A stretch of 63,792 nucleotides of DNA, counting the filler, from Basidiobolus ranarum (lineage: Eukaryota), in NCBI GenBank assembly GCA_040143965.1. It is 2 parts of 2 records of this genome, joined end to end, with 100 filler letters (N's around TTAATTAATTAA, not from the genome) between each part and the next. Parts side by side here need not be neighbours in the genome. Positions count along the whole stretch, not along the records: positions 31,972 to 63,792 come from JASJQH010000087.1; 1 more part is not named here. One strand, written 5' to 3'. Each line of letters opens with the position of its first letter. Position 1 is the stretch's first letter. The notes beneath the pieces are model-generated. The model made no database searches, had not been told where the DNA came from, and was given only the letters and a program-made list of their open reading frames with translations. Positions 39,695 to 54,009 of the stretch are shown here, in pieces. The translations under genes were made by a program, and so were the position numbers.

Positions 39695-41261
39695 CTAATC
39701 CAAGATTCGGAGCATTTCTTCGACAGATGTGAATTTCTCACGAGGTTTGCCGCGAGCAGCCCCTACATCAAACTCCACTTGCTCGATATTCTTCCAATCT
39801 TGATAAGAAACAACGCGGACATTTCTCTCTTTCAAGAGATTAGATACATCTCGACCAGGTTGGGTGGGATTAAGTAGCGGTTTTCCATCCTTGATGTCAG
39901 CTGCAATAGCACCTGCTGTCTCAAAAGCATCTTGCATAGTAGAAACAATCACCCCAGAGGGTCCTCTCTTCAACCAGCCAGATGTGTACATTCCAGCTAA
40001 TGACTGCTCACCATCCACTACTCTCCCATGCACATTGGGGACTACACCCCGTCTAATATCAAATGGAATACCTTCGATAGGTGTGCTCTTGTATCCAATA
40101 CTTCTGAATACTAATCCTGATTCTACATCCTCATAAGATCCTGTACCTAGAGCAACTGGTGCATCAGCTGGACCTTCTAAAGTATTGATTTCCATCTTAA
40201 CAGCTTTGACACGGTTATTCTCGGCAATTATTTCCACTGGACTTCTCAAAAATTTCAAAGACCATGATTTGTCAGCGTTCTTTATAGCATTAGAAGGAAT
40301 CTCTTTTTCAAGGACACCTAAAAGTCGCTTTAGTGCGCGATTTTTTGATAGTAGAGCTTGACCATGAGAGAGCTGATCCTGTAATAAATCAACATCAACT
40401 TCCAACTTTGTGTTTGGTAAAGCGAACATCTCACGCAACTCTTTAGTAGTGAAGGCAACCTATATGATCAATTCGATGTGTTAATAAAGAAGATAAATAG
40501 AATTCCGAAATTTAGGCCATTGACTTGAATACCTGAAGAGGTCCTCTTCTTCCTACAACGTGAACGCGTCTGATCCTGCTCTTGGATAACGCTTCCAAAG
40601 CATGCTCGGTAATATCGGTCTTTCTAAGCTCATCGATGGGACTTAGTAGAACTCTAGCTACATCTAGAGCGACATTACCTTGACCAATGACCATAGCAGT
40701 GTCAGTAGAGGTCAAATCAAGATCGATCTGCTTGTGATCTGGATGTCCATTATACCAGCCAACGAAAGCACGTGCTGAGTGAACACCTCCAGCATTTTCA
40801 TTTTTGATGTTGAGAACTCTATCCTCACTTGCTCCATAAGAGAGAACGATGCCGTCGTACGTGTCTTTAAGTTCACTCACCGAAATATCTTTTCCAACTG
40901 TTACATTACCGAAGAAACGAAAGTCCGAGGATTGGGCTACTTCATCGAACCGATTCATCACTAACTAGAGCCACAAATGGGAAGAAAAATTCACTTTGAT
41001 AAGTAACTACAATAAATAAATATACTATATATGAAATGCTACAGAAGAAGAAAACCATCTTCGTACCTTTACTTCTGGGTGGTCTGGAGCAACACCAAAA
41101 CGAACCAATCCGTGTGGAACTGGAAGTGACTCAAACATATCTACCTTCGTTCCAGGAAGTAGTTGCATAACTTTGGCAGCGGTATAAAAACCGCCGGGAC
41201 CACTCCCTACAATAGCCAGTGAAGGCGCTTTAGAAGCCTGGGTAACTAGAGTTCTAAACAT
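39695..41261 (-). CDS. ARH1: mitochondrial NADPH:adrenodoxin oxidoreductase
   Basis: GSGPGGFYTA, GLVRFGVAPDHPEVK, FVGWYNGHP, GQGNVALDVAR and GWLKRGPSGVI motifs; 2 introns. Confidence 0.93.
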
Positions 41262-41623
41262 TGCGAAGTAGAAAAAATTGCCAACCACGAATTATCAGTG
41301 AAAGTACATGTATTTATATTGAATTATTCTTACCTCGAATAATATGTTACATAACAGTCAGTTATTTTGCACCAATTAATCAACTTTGTATCTTTGTTGT
41401 ACTACCGTACATAGTTTGATTAATAATCTTCATAAGCAATATTTCGTGTTGTAGTACATTACTAGATTTAGAGATGAAAAGCAGTAACAATGCTCCGCAG
41501 AAGTTGGTTTGAAAATATCCTGATTGATTATGATCAATTAAAATTCAAGAATCATAACACGTGTTCAATTGATATAATTGTTAAACCATTTTCTAGGAAG
41601 TCCGGTTTTTTTTACTTGATATC

Positions 41624-42846
41624 ATGTTCAAACTTCAACTCAAAGGTAAGGGAAGGCAAGAGGAATCGACCTCCAATTCAGAACCCAAAAAATTCGGTTT
41701 CAGTTTCTCCAAAACTAAGCCTAAGCCCAAGCCTAAACTATCTCAGACACTAGCCAAGGGAGCTTTTGGCGAAGAAACTGATAAACGTAAAAGAGATGAG
41801 AACGAGATTGAATATGTGACTGGTCTTGAGGAAAATGAGATCACAAGGTATTTATTTTTGTAAAATTGTGTGTTATTATTTTCAAGCTGTTCTTTTATCT
41901 AAAACTATGTAACTTCCTTAGTTTAAATCCCAAAAAGAACGGACCTCTAGTTATTCCATCGTTGAAAAATACAGATTTAAGACAAACCAAAAAAAAGGCT
42001 CATTATATTCCGGAAAAAGAGCAGGAAACTAGTAAATCTGTAGAACCGACTATACTGAATAACAAGCCACTTACTTATGGTCTACAAATCCAAACAAAAA
42101 CCGCTGTAAAAGAGATCAAAACGGAAACTAACGAAAGCATCGGTGAAAGTAGTACTTTGACTAACACCAGCGTAACCTCTACGACTATTGAAGAAACAGT
42201 TACTGTTAACGCTAATCCTGAAGAATCTCTGACGAGTCAAGCTATTAAAGAACTTACTAGAGGTAGCCATTTCAAAAACAATTTTTACCGGATGACAGTA
42301 ATCTAATTTGCATCCCAATCATTAGGAGCCACATCTGATGATGACGATACTAACTCATCACAAAGGAAAGTCTTGCCGGCTGTAGGAGCCAACGAAATGT
42401 TAAATGAAGGTGAACTGTATAAGCAAGATGTGGAGTCTAGGCCTAGAGAGGTAAGTATTTGATCAACACAGGTTACATCATTGTATGTTACTAATTGCTA
42501 AGATAGTGTACACTTGAGGAGTATGAGGAAGTTCCTGTCGAGGAATTTGGCGCTGCTTTACTTCGTGGAATGGGCTGGAAGGATGGTCAAATAATTGGCA
42601 AATCGGGAAAGAATGGGTATTTATTCATGGCTACATGCATTTATTATCCAAGTTCTAACTGTAGACATTAAATTTGTTCTAGATTGTTGAAGCCAGTTGA
42701 CTTTGCCGCTCGTCCCAACTTACTAGGTTTGGGTGCTCGTCCTAAACCTCCCGGCTTGGATGAGAAGAAGCCTCGTCGCAGGGTAAATTAGCTATTATGT
42801 TCATGATTTCATGTCAAGGTTCTAACTGTAACATCTTGCCTAGTGA
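41624..42846 (+). CDS. SPP2: Spp2/GPKOW-like G-patch splicing factor
   Basis: PLVIPSL; YEEVPVEEFGAALLRGMGWKDG; RPNLLGLGA. The exact stop is uncertain. Confidence 0.85.
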
Positions 42847-43040
42847 TAAACGAAAGTCACCTCTATAAAGTATATGTTTGCGTGTATATATGTTATTGGC
42901 CTCGATGCTGTCTTACTAGAAAGTTTTATTAATATATTTAACTCCAACATCCAAGACCCTTTGGTGTGATACTTTGATTCAAAAATATAGAGACCATCTG
43001 GGTTTGGAACAATAATATTACATAGATGATTGAGAGCAAA

Positions 43041-45438
43041 CTACAATGGATTACTCTCGGGAATTATGGAATTGGAAATGTCGAGTAATGCTTCGATTGA
43101 CGGCTGCAGTTCCCCTTGATTGGCTTGGAGAATTAATTCGCATATATCAGCTTCAATATTAGGAAACATGTCTTTGAGCGTAGAGAGAGCTTGATTATAT
43201 TCTTGGTACTGCTGCTCTTGCATTGCTGTGTTACGTTGACGTTGTATTTGGCTTCGAGCGCCTGGATATGCTGGGTTGGTAGTGGGGTTGGCAGATTTGG
43301 GTTGTATTTGAGGCAAGCTAGAGTTAGTAGAGCGTTGTTGACTTTGATCGTATTCATCATCAAAATCAGAACCAATATCAGAGCCAACGGAATCTCTGAT
43401 TTGTGGGTGGAGATGGCTATCAGAATGCCCAGGACGACGCGCGCCATCAAAGCTGAGAGATCTGGCCATGGGCTCTGAGGATGACTGCCTGCGTGCAATC
43501 TCTTCAACTGCCATGTCAATATTCCTAACAAGAATCATTAAAAATCATCATCCAACAAAGACAGCACCTCAATCCCTTACTTGTTAAAGTCCTCCTCAGA
43601 GATGGATAACTGCTTGTAGTCCATGTTCTCGATGAAAGAGATGGCACCCATCTTATTAGGATCAATATTATATAGTGTTAGAGGTTGAACAGATTTGCAG
43701 TTTACATGACTTGGTATGTTTCTTACTAGATTAGTCAAATAGTACTCCGACTCGGCATGAAGTTTTTCAGGCCTTCTAAATCGAGATATGTATCTAAAGG
43801 TGGATGAGTTCAGAGTCAATATCTAACGAGACGGACTTTGACTTACTGGACGTTCGATACAAGTCGTTCCGGATTAGCGCGGAGAACTACGAAAATAAGT
43901 ATAGGAAGAAACTTATCAGCACCAGTTTCAGCCTCGACATGCTTTAAGAAGCGTAAGTTTGAGTTAAAGAGAACTTCGTTGACTCGTCAAAATAGAAGTA
44001 AAGCTTGGTAATAAAAAAGGATATTGAAAATGACGATGCAGCAATTTAAGATGCAGATAAGTTTATCACGTGGGGCTTTGTATGAGTTTATCTTTGCAAG
44101 TTCTAGGAAGCATAGTAAGTTGGCAAGATGATAAAGAGTAGAGTTAGAGTGACTTTCACATACCAGCCTGAGCAAAGCCTAAGAACGATTCATTATGATT
44201 GTTCACTGGAATATCCAAATGCTCTTCTTTGATCCAGCGATATAGTTGGATTTTCTGGTTAAGAATATCGTCTTTCTCCATATCATCAGCGGTAAGAGGG
44301 CAAAAGGTGCTAATGGTTTTGTGGTGTATAAACTGGTAAGTGAATGTTGCTAGTAAAGGAAAGAAATTCATATCTTACTGTTTATAAAGCTTGTTCATTA
44401 TCAGTTTCTCCATTCCCTCTAGAGCATTCTCGAATTCAGATTCCGAACATTTATTCCAAACTTCACAATAACGCATATCGTAAGCGATTTCCTGTTTATG
44501 AATGATATTTAGTGAGGTATCTATATATGGCGTAGATGATAGACTTACATTTAAGAAACCATGGATTGTTTGGATTTGCTCGTTGACAGTATATGGCTTA
44601 CGCTGAAAGCCGCTCAAAAATCTAACAAACCGTTGGTGTTTCATTCAAGTTGGATGGAGCAAAATAGTCAGTACCTTTTTAAACTACGTGCAACGGGCGT
44701 AGCACTCCTATGGCGGATTTGATCCAAAAACCGATGATATTCAAATTGGTCAGCTTTTTGTGTACTCTCTGAGCTTTCGGGTGCACTAGAGGCGTTATCG
44801 TTTTTAATGGGAGGAGTCGTACTAGGAGTGCCGCCAACAGAAATCGACTTCTGAAGACTCTCTCCACGAAGTTTCTTTTTAGGGCCGTTTGATTTGACTC
44901 TGATTTTAGTTGTCTGTTCTTGAGGCAATTCAATATGTGGATCGACATTACTCCGTTCCTCTGAATCAATCTGGTCCGCTGGTTGTTCTTGAGAAATGCA
45001 ATGTGTGTTAAACTTATGTGTTCATCCATACTCAAATAAAACAAAGAAATATCACTTTTTGAAAGATTATTGAGTGGGTCAAATTCGGCAACCAGTTCAT
45101 TTATAACTTTCTGACTAGAACCAGATGAAGATGGTTCTATTTGCCCAAAGTCCGCTGGGATATCAGGAAAGACATTAGAAGTATCTATACATATCGTAGG
45201 CGTCTCCATTTGACTGTTTGAGAAGTGTGTACATGATAAATGTCTATTTGTTTAAAGGGAGTTTTCATGAGTATACTGACTGGTTGGAGTTTTCGGAAGC
45301 TTTGTCGGAATCATCTACTTCTTGGTCAAGCGCTAAAATTGGTTCAGTATTTAGTTTAAGGTTCTCCTCCAATTTTTCATGTAACTCGTTTTCCTCAAGG
45401 CTCTCTGGTTGGCCTTTTGGCTGTATAACTGAATCCAT
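43041..45438 (-). CDS. VPS9: Vps9 Rab5 GEF with C-terminal CUE domain
   Basis: ELAKINSYKAPRDKLICILNCC, GADKFLPILIFVVLRANP, ESEYYLTNL; CUE (LKDMFPNI...IEALL); multi-exon. Confidence 0.92.
43953..44024 (-). other. U12-type AT-AC intron in VPS9
   Basis: Minus strand: 5' ATATCCTTT ... TTCTCTTTAAC ... TTAC 3'. Removal joins CCIVIF-S-FLKHVEAETGADKF in frame. Confidence 0.88.
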
Positions 45439-46000
45439 ATTAACTATTGTCCACTAAAGCTCCTTAAAGTTGCGCCTTTAGCAAAAAACGAATAACTTCT
45501 ATTCCACCTAATAAAATTAGATATTTTAAGAAATTGAAATTCAGGCAATTCCCTCTAATCTTGATCCGAAATGCTGAGTGTGGGCCTTCAGATTGTGACA
45601 GTCTTAATGCGGTAGCTGATCACTTTTATGATTAAAGGGGACAAATATTATCCTGGTTGCAACCAGAATCCTAGATATTGCTATATAGCATCCTAATTGA
45701 TCGGAGAATTCCAATTCCCGATCATACTCGTAAATGGTACTCCCAAGCAAAAGCAACCTATATATAATACTCGAATCATGGTATCAGTAACCACGTTGTT
45801 GGAGGAATTTGAGTTTGATATGTGACTGTGTATAATGTATTCTGGAATAATATGCTCCGAATTGATTTAGCAAAAAACTCGAGAAAAAAAGATTGCTAAA
45901 AAAAATACCGTTCGAAAAAGCCATGATTCAGTCAAGTTGCAATACACAAGAAATTCAAGTACGTTTGACTTTAGCAACGTGACAATAAAGAGTAAAAGCA

Positions 46001-48908
46001 ATGTCAGGTTCAGAACGTATTCTTGTTGAACATGCAAAACTGTTGACCTCACTGGTAAATCATTATTTGTCAACCGAGACTACTGTTGGTACTCATGTAC
46101 CCTACGTACTGGAAACTATAGCCTACCACGGTTTACTCCGCAATGAAAGAAATGAAGACTTAGACGAAGCGATACATAAATGGGAAACTCGTATCAAATC
46201 TCTTTTACAATCCAAAATTGCTAGCGCCAGATGGGCTGCAGTCTCATTCATTAAGATTAGTATGGAAAATGACGAGATTTACAGTCAAGATGTCATTCAT
46301 TGGGTTTCTACCTTATTATCGTCCATAACGGTTAGTATGTTTGATTATTTCGAGCCTAAAAGATTATACCAATTGTGAATGCTTTCTATAGAAACCTGAG
46401 CCTACTCCTGTACTAGAGAATATTGTTGACACTCTTTGGGGACTCTTTCAACGTACAGCTCACAAACCCGAGTTTCAGCGTGAAGTTACCACAGCATTTT
46501 TACCTCGCTTCAACGGGTGCTTGATTGGCTTATCTGAAAACCGAGAATTACTTGTTAGTCCACTTCTCCCTTACGTGATGTTGTTAACATTTATAGCTTA
46601 AACTGACTTTAATTCTCTACAGCCTTGTATTTTCCGCACACTTCGCACTTCTGTAGAAACTTTTCCTTCTATTTTCAGACCATCCATTGATAAGACCCAG
46701 AATCTCTGCTTAAGATATTTAGATGGTAGTGTTGACAGCCAAAGTGCCATTGTTAAATCTGCCGGTGCTTGTATCGCTTCGTTACATAATGCAAGTGGAA
46801 AGACTAATTCGGTAGATGCTTGGAGAGCCACAAATGTTAGATTAATCGGGTCCATTCATCATGCCTTAGATATGCTTTTCGATAGTGTTGAAGAAGGTAG
46901 ACTTGGTTGATATTCCTCGAGGGTTTTTCGTCGTTAAACTTAACAGTATTTTGCTTTTAGACTATCAAAAGAAGGATAACATGCTTAGCTTTGATTTACC
47001 TGAACCACCATCTGATTACATCAAAAGATTCCCTATTTTGTTTAATAGGGTTAAAGCATTGCTTTGCTCACTGGGAGCTTCTTTAAGGTAAATATATGCA
47101 GCTATGGTCAAAGCTTCGCTTTATTCTAATATGTTGAATCGATTGTGAAATAGCTGTAAAGCCGAAAGACCTGTTAGTATTCCTGTGAGCTCTCTAGTCG
47201 ATCTTTTGTGCAGAATCTACAACGTATCCGACAGCTCAGTTGTAAGTTCATCAGTTTGTTATCAAGATTCATCCTTATTTCCGATCTCATCCTATATATT
47301 CAGATAAGCGAAGATAAAGAGAGGAGTGAGTTCCTTGCCTTGATGGCGGGGATTCCCAGCTTACACGTGTCAGCAAATTCTACTTTGGAGGGATTGATCA
47401 CTGCGTAAGTGCTTGCACCTAAACTTATCTACTCCTGCACATTTAATGACGACATAAATAATGATAGCGTGGGCGACCATCTCCTCTGCTACTCTGGTGC
47501 CTTATCAAGCATTGTTCTAAAATCGCTTAACCAGCACAAAGGAAAAGAGTGAGTAATCTCTTGTTTAGAGTATATCCCTAAACTGTACTGATACTGCTTG
47601 GCTTTAGATTCGCACGTATATCGGCATACGGATTGGCCACCATCTGTATTGAAACGTTCGGATTTGGATTCTCTTCAATCATTGACTCTTCTATCCTCAA
47701 AATCATCCTTCAAGATATTAAAGCCATTGAGCTAAAAGCTGAGGATGTATTGAAGAATGAGAATAACACCAGCAAGGTAGCAACTTGACTAGCACTCTCA
47801 CTCTCTCACACACTCGCTAACATTAATACCCATCTCAGAAACTATCCAAGAGACGTAAGACCAATGTCACCAACTCGGATTCTCTCACTACACAGTATAA
47901 AAGGGTCATCCCCTCTTCTGCACTTCAACACGCAGCCCTAAAAAGTAGGAAGTCTTGATAAAGAGATAGCATTTCACATTACTGACTCTCATTCTTCTCT
48001 TAGCCTTGAAAGCTGTAGTTCTCTCTTCCGGATCATCGATCTCAGTACAACTTCGTGGAACAATCGAATCCACCTTGATCTCTCATATCCTGACTTTGAC
48101 GCAACAACCATCAGACACTGATAATGAGAACATCGAAAAATTCAAACTTTCTTTGTACGATTGTCTTCTTAGTGTGGTGATCTCTCCAGCTCAACAGCTT
48201 CCTTCCATCTTACCATATGCGCTCCAACTTTTCAATCACGGATTAAATGATAAAAGTCACATGGTAAACCATTATTGCCACCCTATTTCTTCCTGGGTCA
48301 TATTCTTATTGAATGGTATTTTAGGTTCGCACCTTCTGCTCAAACGCCGTCCTGTTATGCGATCTCATTATACACCCTCGATTACCTCCTATCCAGAAAA
48401 TCCCAGCTAAAGATGAGAAATCCAACAGTTCGTTTCAAATGGCAATTGATCAAGAATCAGTAACCAACAATTTTGGCCATAATAGTTTTACTGAATTCGC
48501 GCAAACTAAAGCTGAGCCTATCATACCGGCCGCTATTGCCACTGACGTAGAGTCTAGTCCAGTTAAAGAACAAACTGTGGCTCCTATTGTAGACCAAGTG
48601 GCAGCTGTACAAGCCACTGTGAATTCATTAGCCAAGCCTTCTGCTCCAGTAGTTTCAGTCGTTCAAAACCATGTAAATATAGATTTGTATTCAGATTAAG
48701 TTGTTCTCGATTTCTGATGATGTTTTCTTTGTAGCAGCAGCCTGTTCCATCCAAGTCCATGAAGCGTCCTTCATCAGAAGAGCCAGAGCAACCGACCAAG
48801 AAACTGCAACCAACTCTGCCCATCCTTAAGCACCAAGAGAGTGTAGCATCGGATTCGGAAGATGACGAGATTCCAGAGATTGATTTGGAGGGCTCTGAAA
48901 GCGAATAA
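46001..48908 (+). CDS. RIX1: Rix1/PELP1 pre-60S biogenesis factor
   Basis: KWETRIKSLLQSK..SARWAA, KPEFQREVTT, CDLIIHPRLPPI motifs and acidic tail DDEIPEID; multi-exon. Confidence 0.82.
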
Positions 48909-50100
48909 TCAAAGTGGTAAAGTATTATCAGCCATCGTTACTTAATTATGAGAAGGTTAATTGTCCCGCTTTAGATATCCCATTAGTATAGGTTGATTTG
49001 TGTCTTTTTGTCATCATCACCTCATTTCGTGAATCTTGTCCAAATAGTAAAATATTCCTCCGAAATATCACTCCGTATAATAGAATAAAAGGGTTTTAAA
49101 GAGCGATCTCTACATATATGACATCAAACCTTGCACAAGTGAAGCAACGTTTACCTCCTAATCCAGTGGCAAGAATGCGCTAATAGGGTCAGATTGTAGG
49201 TGGCAAATGTTGAGATTTTACATCCCTTGCCCTAACCCTGTTATACACAATATAAACGGACATTCAAGTGGAACGGTGTTTTCAAACACTTGTGGCGAAT
49301 CTAAACGTTTGGAAAAGCCTTAGATTAACAGTTGTCTGTCTACACTTGTTTCATGTACTTGCGACCATTTGCTATTGAAACAATGAGTCAATGCTTGAGC
49401 TATTGTTACTACACCAATGTAAATGTATCTTACTACGCTTTTCTTGGATCTTCCTGCATTTCAGTGCCAATGGGGACCTTTCTCCTGGACACACTAAACG
49501 TTCGAAATCAACGTCTTGTCCAAGAAAACGCCCCTTTTCAGCTTTATGGTCCACGATGAGTTTGCTTTCCGTCTCAACCAGTGATCGATCACAAGTTTCA
49601 TTACCGATTGTTTCGCAAGGCTGTTAAACTTCACAAAAGAGAATGTTCGAAGGGTTTTTGTTTTAATAAACATGACAGTCTCCGCTCATTAACACATACA
49701 GAACGATGAAGCATTACATGTGGCAACAGGATTAGAAACGGTTATACCTAAATTTGGACCGCGATAAGAGAACAGCCTTAACAAACAGCTAAATGCGTGA
49801 CAACAACCTAGTAAATACAAGTTGTATTCAAAAGAAAGATTTTTTAATTACATTAGCATGCAATCTCAAGCTGTCCATAAAAAACATCAACCCGTGTGTA
49901 TAACATCTGAAATGATCATTAATTAATTTATTACCACATTATATCTATCTCGTTGTATGGTAATTCTAGACAGCCATTCCAAGATATGTTTCACTCTGGT
50001 TTCATCATGCAAGGCTGGGAAGTGTATTTCGTTTCTAAATAAAAGGTTGTAATCTGCTTTTGGTATATGCCGAACTTGAGTCCTCCTTCAACTTCTAGAT

Positions 50101-51516
50101 ATGTCGAAACGTATTTTATTCCTTGGCGAGATAGAATTTGCTCAATCTTACGCAGAGGAGCTGCGTGCCGAACATAGTCATGACCTAGTGGTAATCCCTT
50201 CGAGATGTCAGAAATCATTTCCATCCATGATATTGATATTGCATTCATGTCAACAGGCCATCCTTCCTCGTAATCGCCAAGAATTTCTAAGAAATCTCAA
50301 AGAAGGTGGATATGGTGAATGTACCGCAGTGGTTCTATCTTGGGCCTTTAAATTGGTATGTCTTTTAGTACAAATATTGAAGTAGATCCCAATGAGCTGA
50401 ATCCATCTACTCAGGCATGCGGACGATTTGATACTCAAGTGATCGATCTGTTTGGCCCCACATTAAAGATTATCTCCAGTACTGGTGCAGGTTATGATGC
50501 TGTAGATGTAGAGCACGCCACCAATAAAGGTACCGTCAGTATGTATATACGTACATATACCAGCATTTTCATTAATCTCGATTTCAGGCATCTGGGTATC
50601 AAACACTCCTGGAGTAGGGGATGATTCCACCGCTGATATCGCAATGCTTTTGATACTAAGCACGACCAGAAATGCTAACGAGGCAGAACAAACACTGAGA
50701 CAAGGTATTCCTACCAGGCATATATCATGAGAATTCATTCTAAACCGTATCAATATCAGGCGCTTGGAAAGGTGACATCCCATTAGGTATGGATACCAAA
50801 AGATTGAAACTAGGAATCTTAGGCTTAGGCGGCATTGGAAAGGTAAGTAATTACACTTTGAATGGTTGAAGTTTCATGCAGCTCAGATGTCAATTTAGGC
50901 GTTGGCCCAACGTGCTCATGCATTCGGAATGGAGATGTATTATCACAATCGCAATCCAGTTCCTGATGAAGGTAAACTCGAGTATCTTCAAATCGTTCTG
51001 ATCACATCACTGACTTCGATTGTTATGTACAGTTTCCAAAGCATGTCATGTTACCTACCTGCCTTTCGATGATCTGCTTAGCACTGTGGATATCATTTCC
51101 ATCCACGTGCCATTATCTACTGTCACTACTAAACTAATTGGCGCTAAGGAATTTGCCAAGATGAAGGATGGCGCCATCCTAATAAACACATCTCGGGGGC
51201 CTGTGATCGATGAAGATGCCATGGTTGAGGCACTCGACTCGGGTAAACTAAGAACAGTAGGTCTGGATGTATATCAAAACGAACCAGAAGTTCACCCAGG
51301 CTTACTACGTAACACGAAAATTCGTCTGTTGCCGCACCTTGGATCCTGTACCGAGGGTACATTCGAAAATATAGAGGTAAGTTTCAAGTTATGCAGGTGA
51401 ATGTGAACATGGAATTAATCAGTTCTCTAAATCAGCTTTTGGCCTTGGAAAATTGCCACCATACAATAATCAATGGTAAACCCAAGACTCCTGTAAATGA
51501 ACCTATCTTATCGTAA
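50101..51516 (+). CDS. D-isomer-specific 2-hydroxyacid dehydrogenase (glyoxylate reductase-like)
   Basis: GAGYDAVD, SNTPGV, LGILGLGGIGK, LINTSRGPVIDE, GLDVYQNEP and LPHLGS motifs. Confidence 0.9.
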
Positions 51517-52003
51517 AATGCTTAATAAGAACATATGGACTTTCTTTACAATTAAAGAATGCCATTAAATTTTAATGATCTACCTCATGTTTAAATAATA
51601 AATATCGTTATCAATCAGAGTTCACATCAATTCTAATATCTTTATCTGAACCATGCTAGCAGTAATGATTTGCATGCAGTCTGTGCACTACAATACTGGC
51701 TTTAATACTGCGTACATTCTCATGGTATAAGCGGTCTAGAAGAATGCGAAAAGAACACTCATAGTAATTATATGACATGTTGTCGCCATGATTTTCAAGG
51801 GCCAAATCAGTTAGTATCTACTATAAGGGTGTAGTCGATAGTGCATAGTTGCATCTAGACCATTACACTTTTACTACAGGTTTGATATACGTTTCATGCA
51901 TAGCCTCCACATTATTGAGGCGTAAACTACATGCTAAATATAAAAGAGTGAGCCAACAACGTTTGAGTGTTGTCCAACCTCTCTTGCTTGTTCCTTTACT
52001 AGA

Positions 52004-52402
52004 ATGCCCTTGCGCTTCGCTGCCGTAACTATTTTTGGTATAGTTATGCTTGCAACTGTCACACCAGTGTTCGCCAAAAACGGTATATACAGTGGCGATG
52101 GGTATGACTTGATAAGCGCCCTTTATAAATTGTATAACTCCGCTATCAAGCCTCTTGACGGTGTAGAATATAAGGTAGCGTCAGGCGAGCTTACCCCTTC
52201 GAAAGCTGCAAAGAGCGTAGCAAACGTAGCAAAAGAGATAATGGAACAGTCCATAATATTGGTCAAGAAGTATCCCATTTCTGCGCGAAAGAAGAAAGCT
52301 AAGCTTTATGAATTAAAAAACCAGTATACTGAGCAGCTTAAAGAAGTTGTAAGCAAAATCGAAGAGGTCGCAAAAAAGGTACCCTCTGAAAATGGGACAT
52401 AA
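52004..52402 (+). CDS. small secreted helical protein of unknown function
   Basis: Intronless 132 aa ORF with a signal peptide ending VFA; TATAAAA at 51939; AATAAA downstream. Confidence 0.7.
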   Translation: MPLRFAAVTIFGIVMLATVTPVFAKNGIYSGDGYDLISALYKLYNSAIKPLDGVEYKVASGELTPSKAAKSVANVAKEIMEQSIILVKKYPISARKKKAKLYELKNQYTEQLKEVVSKIEEVAKKVPSENGT

Positions 52403-52736
52403 TAGCTCCTTATTTATGAAGTATTTGGTATGGTACTTGAAACCCAAGTGCGTTAATAAATTGAGCAAACAAGACCTTTAAAACTCTCAAGTATTCAAGA
52501 TGGCATAGATTAGACTTTATTCAGTGTTTAGTGTGGCCAACTTTACGTAACTGATGAAAATTGAAGGCTTTTTTTTTCTCTTCATACAATATGAAGTTAA
52601 AAAAAATTATGGAAAATTAATGATAAAATGAGACTGTTCATCTTGATGCTAGTTTGATTTGATTAAATACTTTCGACTTTTTTCTTTCTCAACTTGTATT
52701 CTTCTATATTGAGTTTAAAAGTACCAATTTTTTCTA

Positions 52737-53672
52737 ATGTCGGATAACACCACTATATTAACAGCTGGTGCGCGTGTATACTCACAAAAAAGAAAGAAGA
52801 GAAAGGAACAATTACCCGAAATTCTCTTCGATGAAGACTCCAGAAGGTGATTTTACTCGTTGATTTTATTTTACGTCTTCCCTTATCAATAGAAAGAGAT
52901 ACGAACAGATCCGTTCAAGAGCTTTTGGAAAATATTCCTGACCCTTTTTTATTATATAGGGATTACTTGACTGGTTTTCATAAACGCAAGCTCGAAAGAA
53001 GAGCTAGAGCTCAAGAAATCGCTAAAATAAAAGCACATGAAGCAAAACTCGAGGCTAGAAAAGAGGTAAAGATGTCGAATAATTCGCTACTATATGTAGA
53101 GGTTGACGGGAAAGAACAATTGAACCTAACTGCGAATATATTTATATCGTAGAGACGTCAAGCGACCAAGGATTTGGCTGAAGAAAGATTGAGACAATTC
53201 AACGCTAGTATTGGCGTCGGTACGTTTATCTATATACTTGGATTTAGTTGACATGCTGTTGTCTAACCTAACATCTCACAATAGGTGCTGAAGAGGAGAG
53301 TGATGGAGAAGAAGAGGAAGAAGAAGAAACCGAAAATGTGAAAGCTGACTCACAAGCCGAATATCGTACACCTAGCACTTTGACTACGGTTACAGTAATT
53401 ACAGAGATGAACTCAGATACAGAAGAGCCCACACCTGCACCAACTGTTGAAGTGAGTGTAAGATGGAGTTTATTTTTTAAGTACATTACAATTTGAACTA
53501 AACTGGTGTATTGTAGAAACCAAAAGTACCAGATACGACTGCTAAGATAACCAAACCTGTTAAACCCAGACCAAAGAAATTCCGTTACGAGTGTAAGCGA
53601 GTTAGAAAAGTTGAGCAGGCCAAGACCAAAAAGCATAAGTTGGCAGCAGCATCTAAAAGAAGGAAGAATTAG
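52737..53672 (+). CDS. RRP17: Rrp17/Nop25 nucleolar rRNA-processing protein
   Basis: EILFDEDSRR|DYLTGFHKRKLERR, TTVTV and KKFRYE motifs. Confidence 0.88.
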
Positions 53673-54009
53673 AAAATTATTGTCATATAGAATATCGAGA
53701 TACTTCTTTGAATTAATCTTTTTCCTCATTGCCGTCAAATTTGTAATTTAATTAAAAACAACGAATCTTGAGTTTTCATTGTTTATCATTATATTTACTT
53801 TTTAATCTGTGCTGCTTGACTCAACTCTACTATGACTAAAAGCGTTGTTATGGTAGGATCAGTAGTCTAAACGTAAATCGAACAAATTTAGAGAAAATCC
53901 CAGATTTGGTTTATTTTAACGTACATTGATTAGAAACATTTTCTTATATAGAATATATCCATACAAATCGAAAAATTATCTCTCTCGCTCGAGAAGTTGT
54001 CAATTTACC

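Noticed and set aside
49100-49630. Short ORFs between RIX1 and the dehydrogenase
   Set aside because: No recognisable domain.
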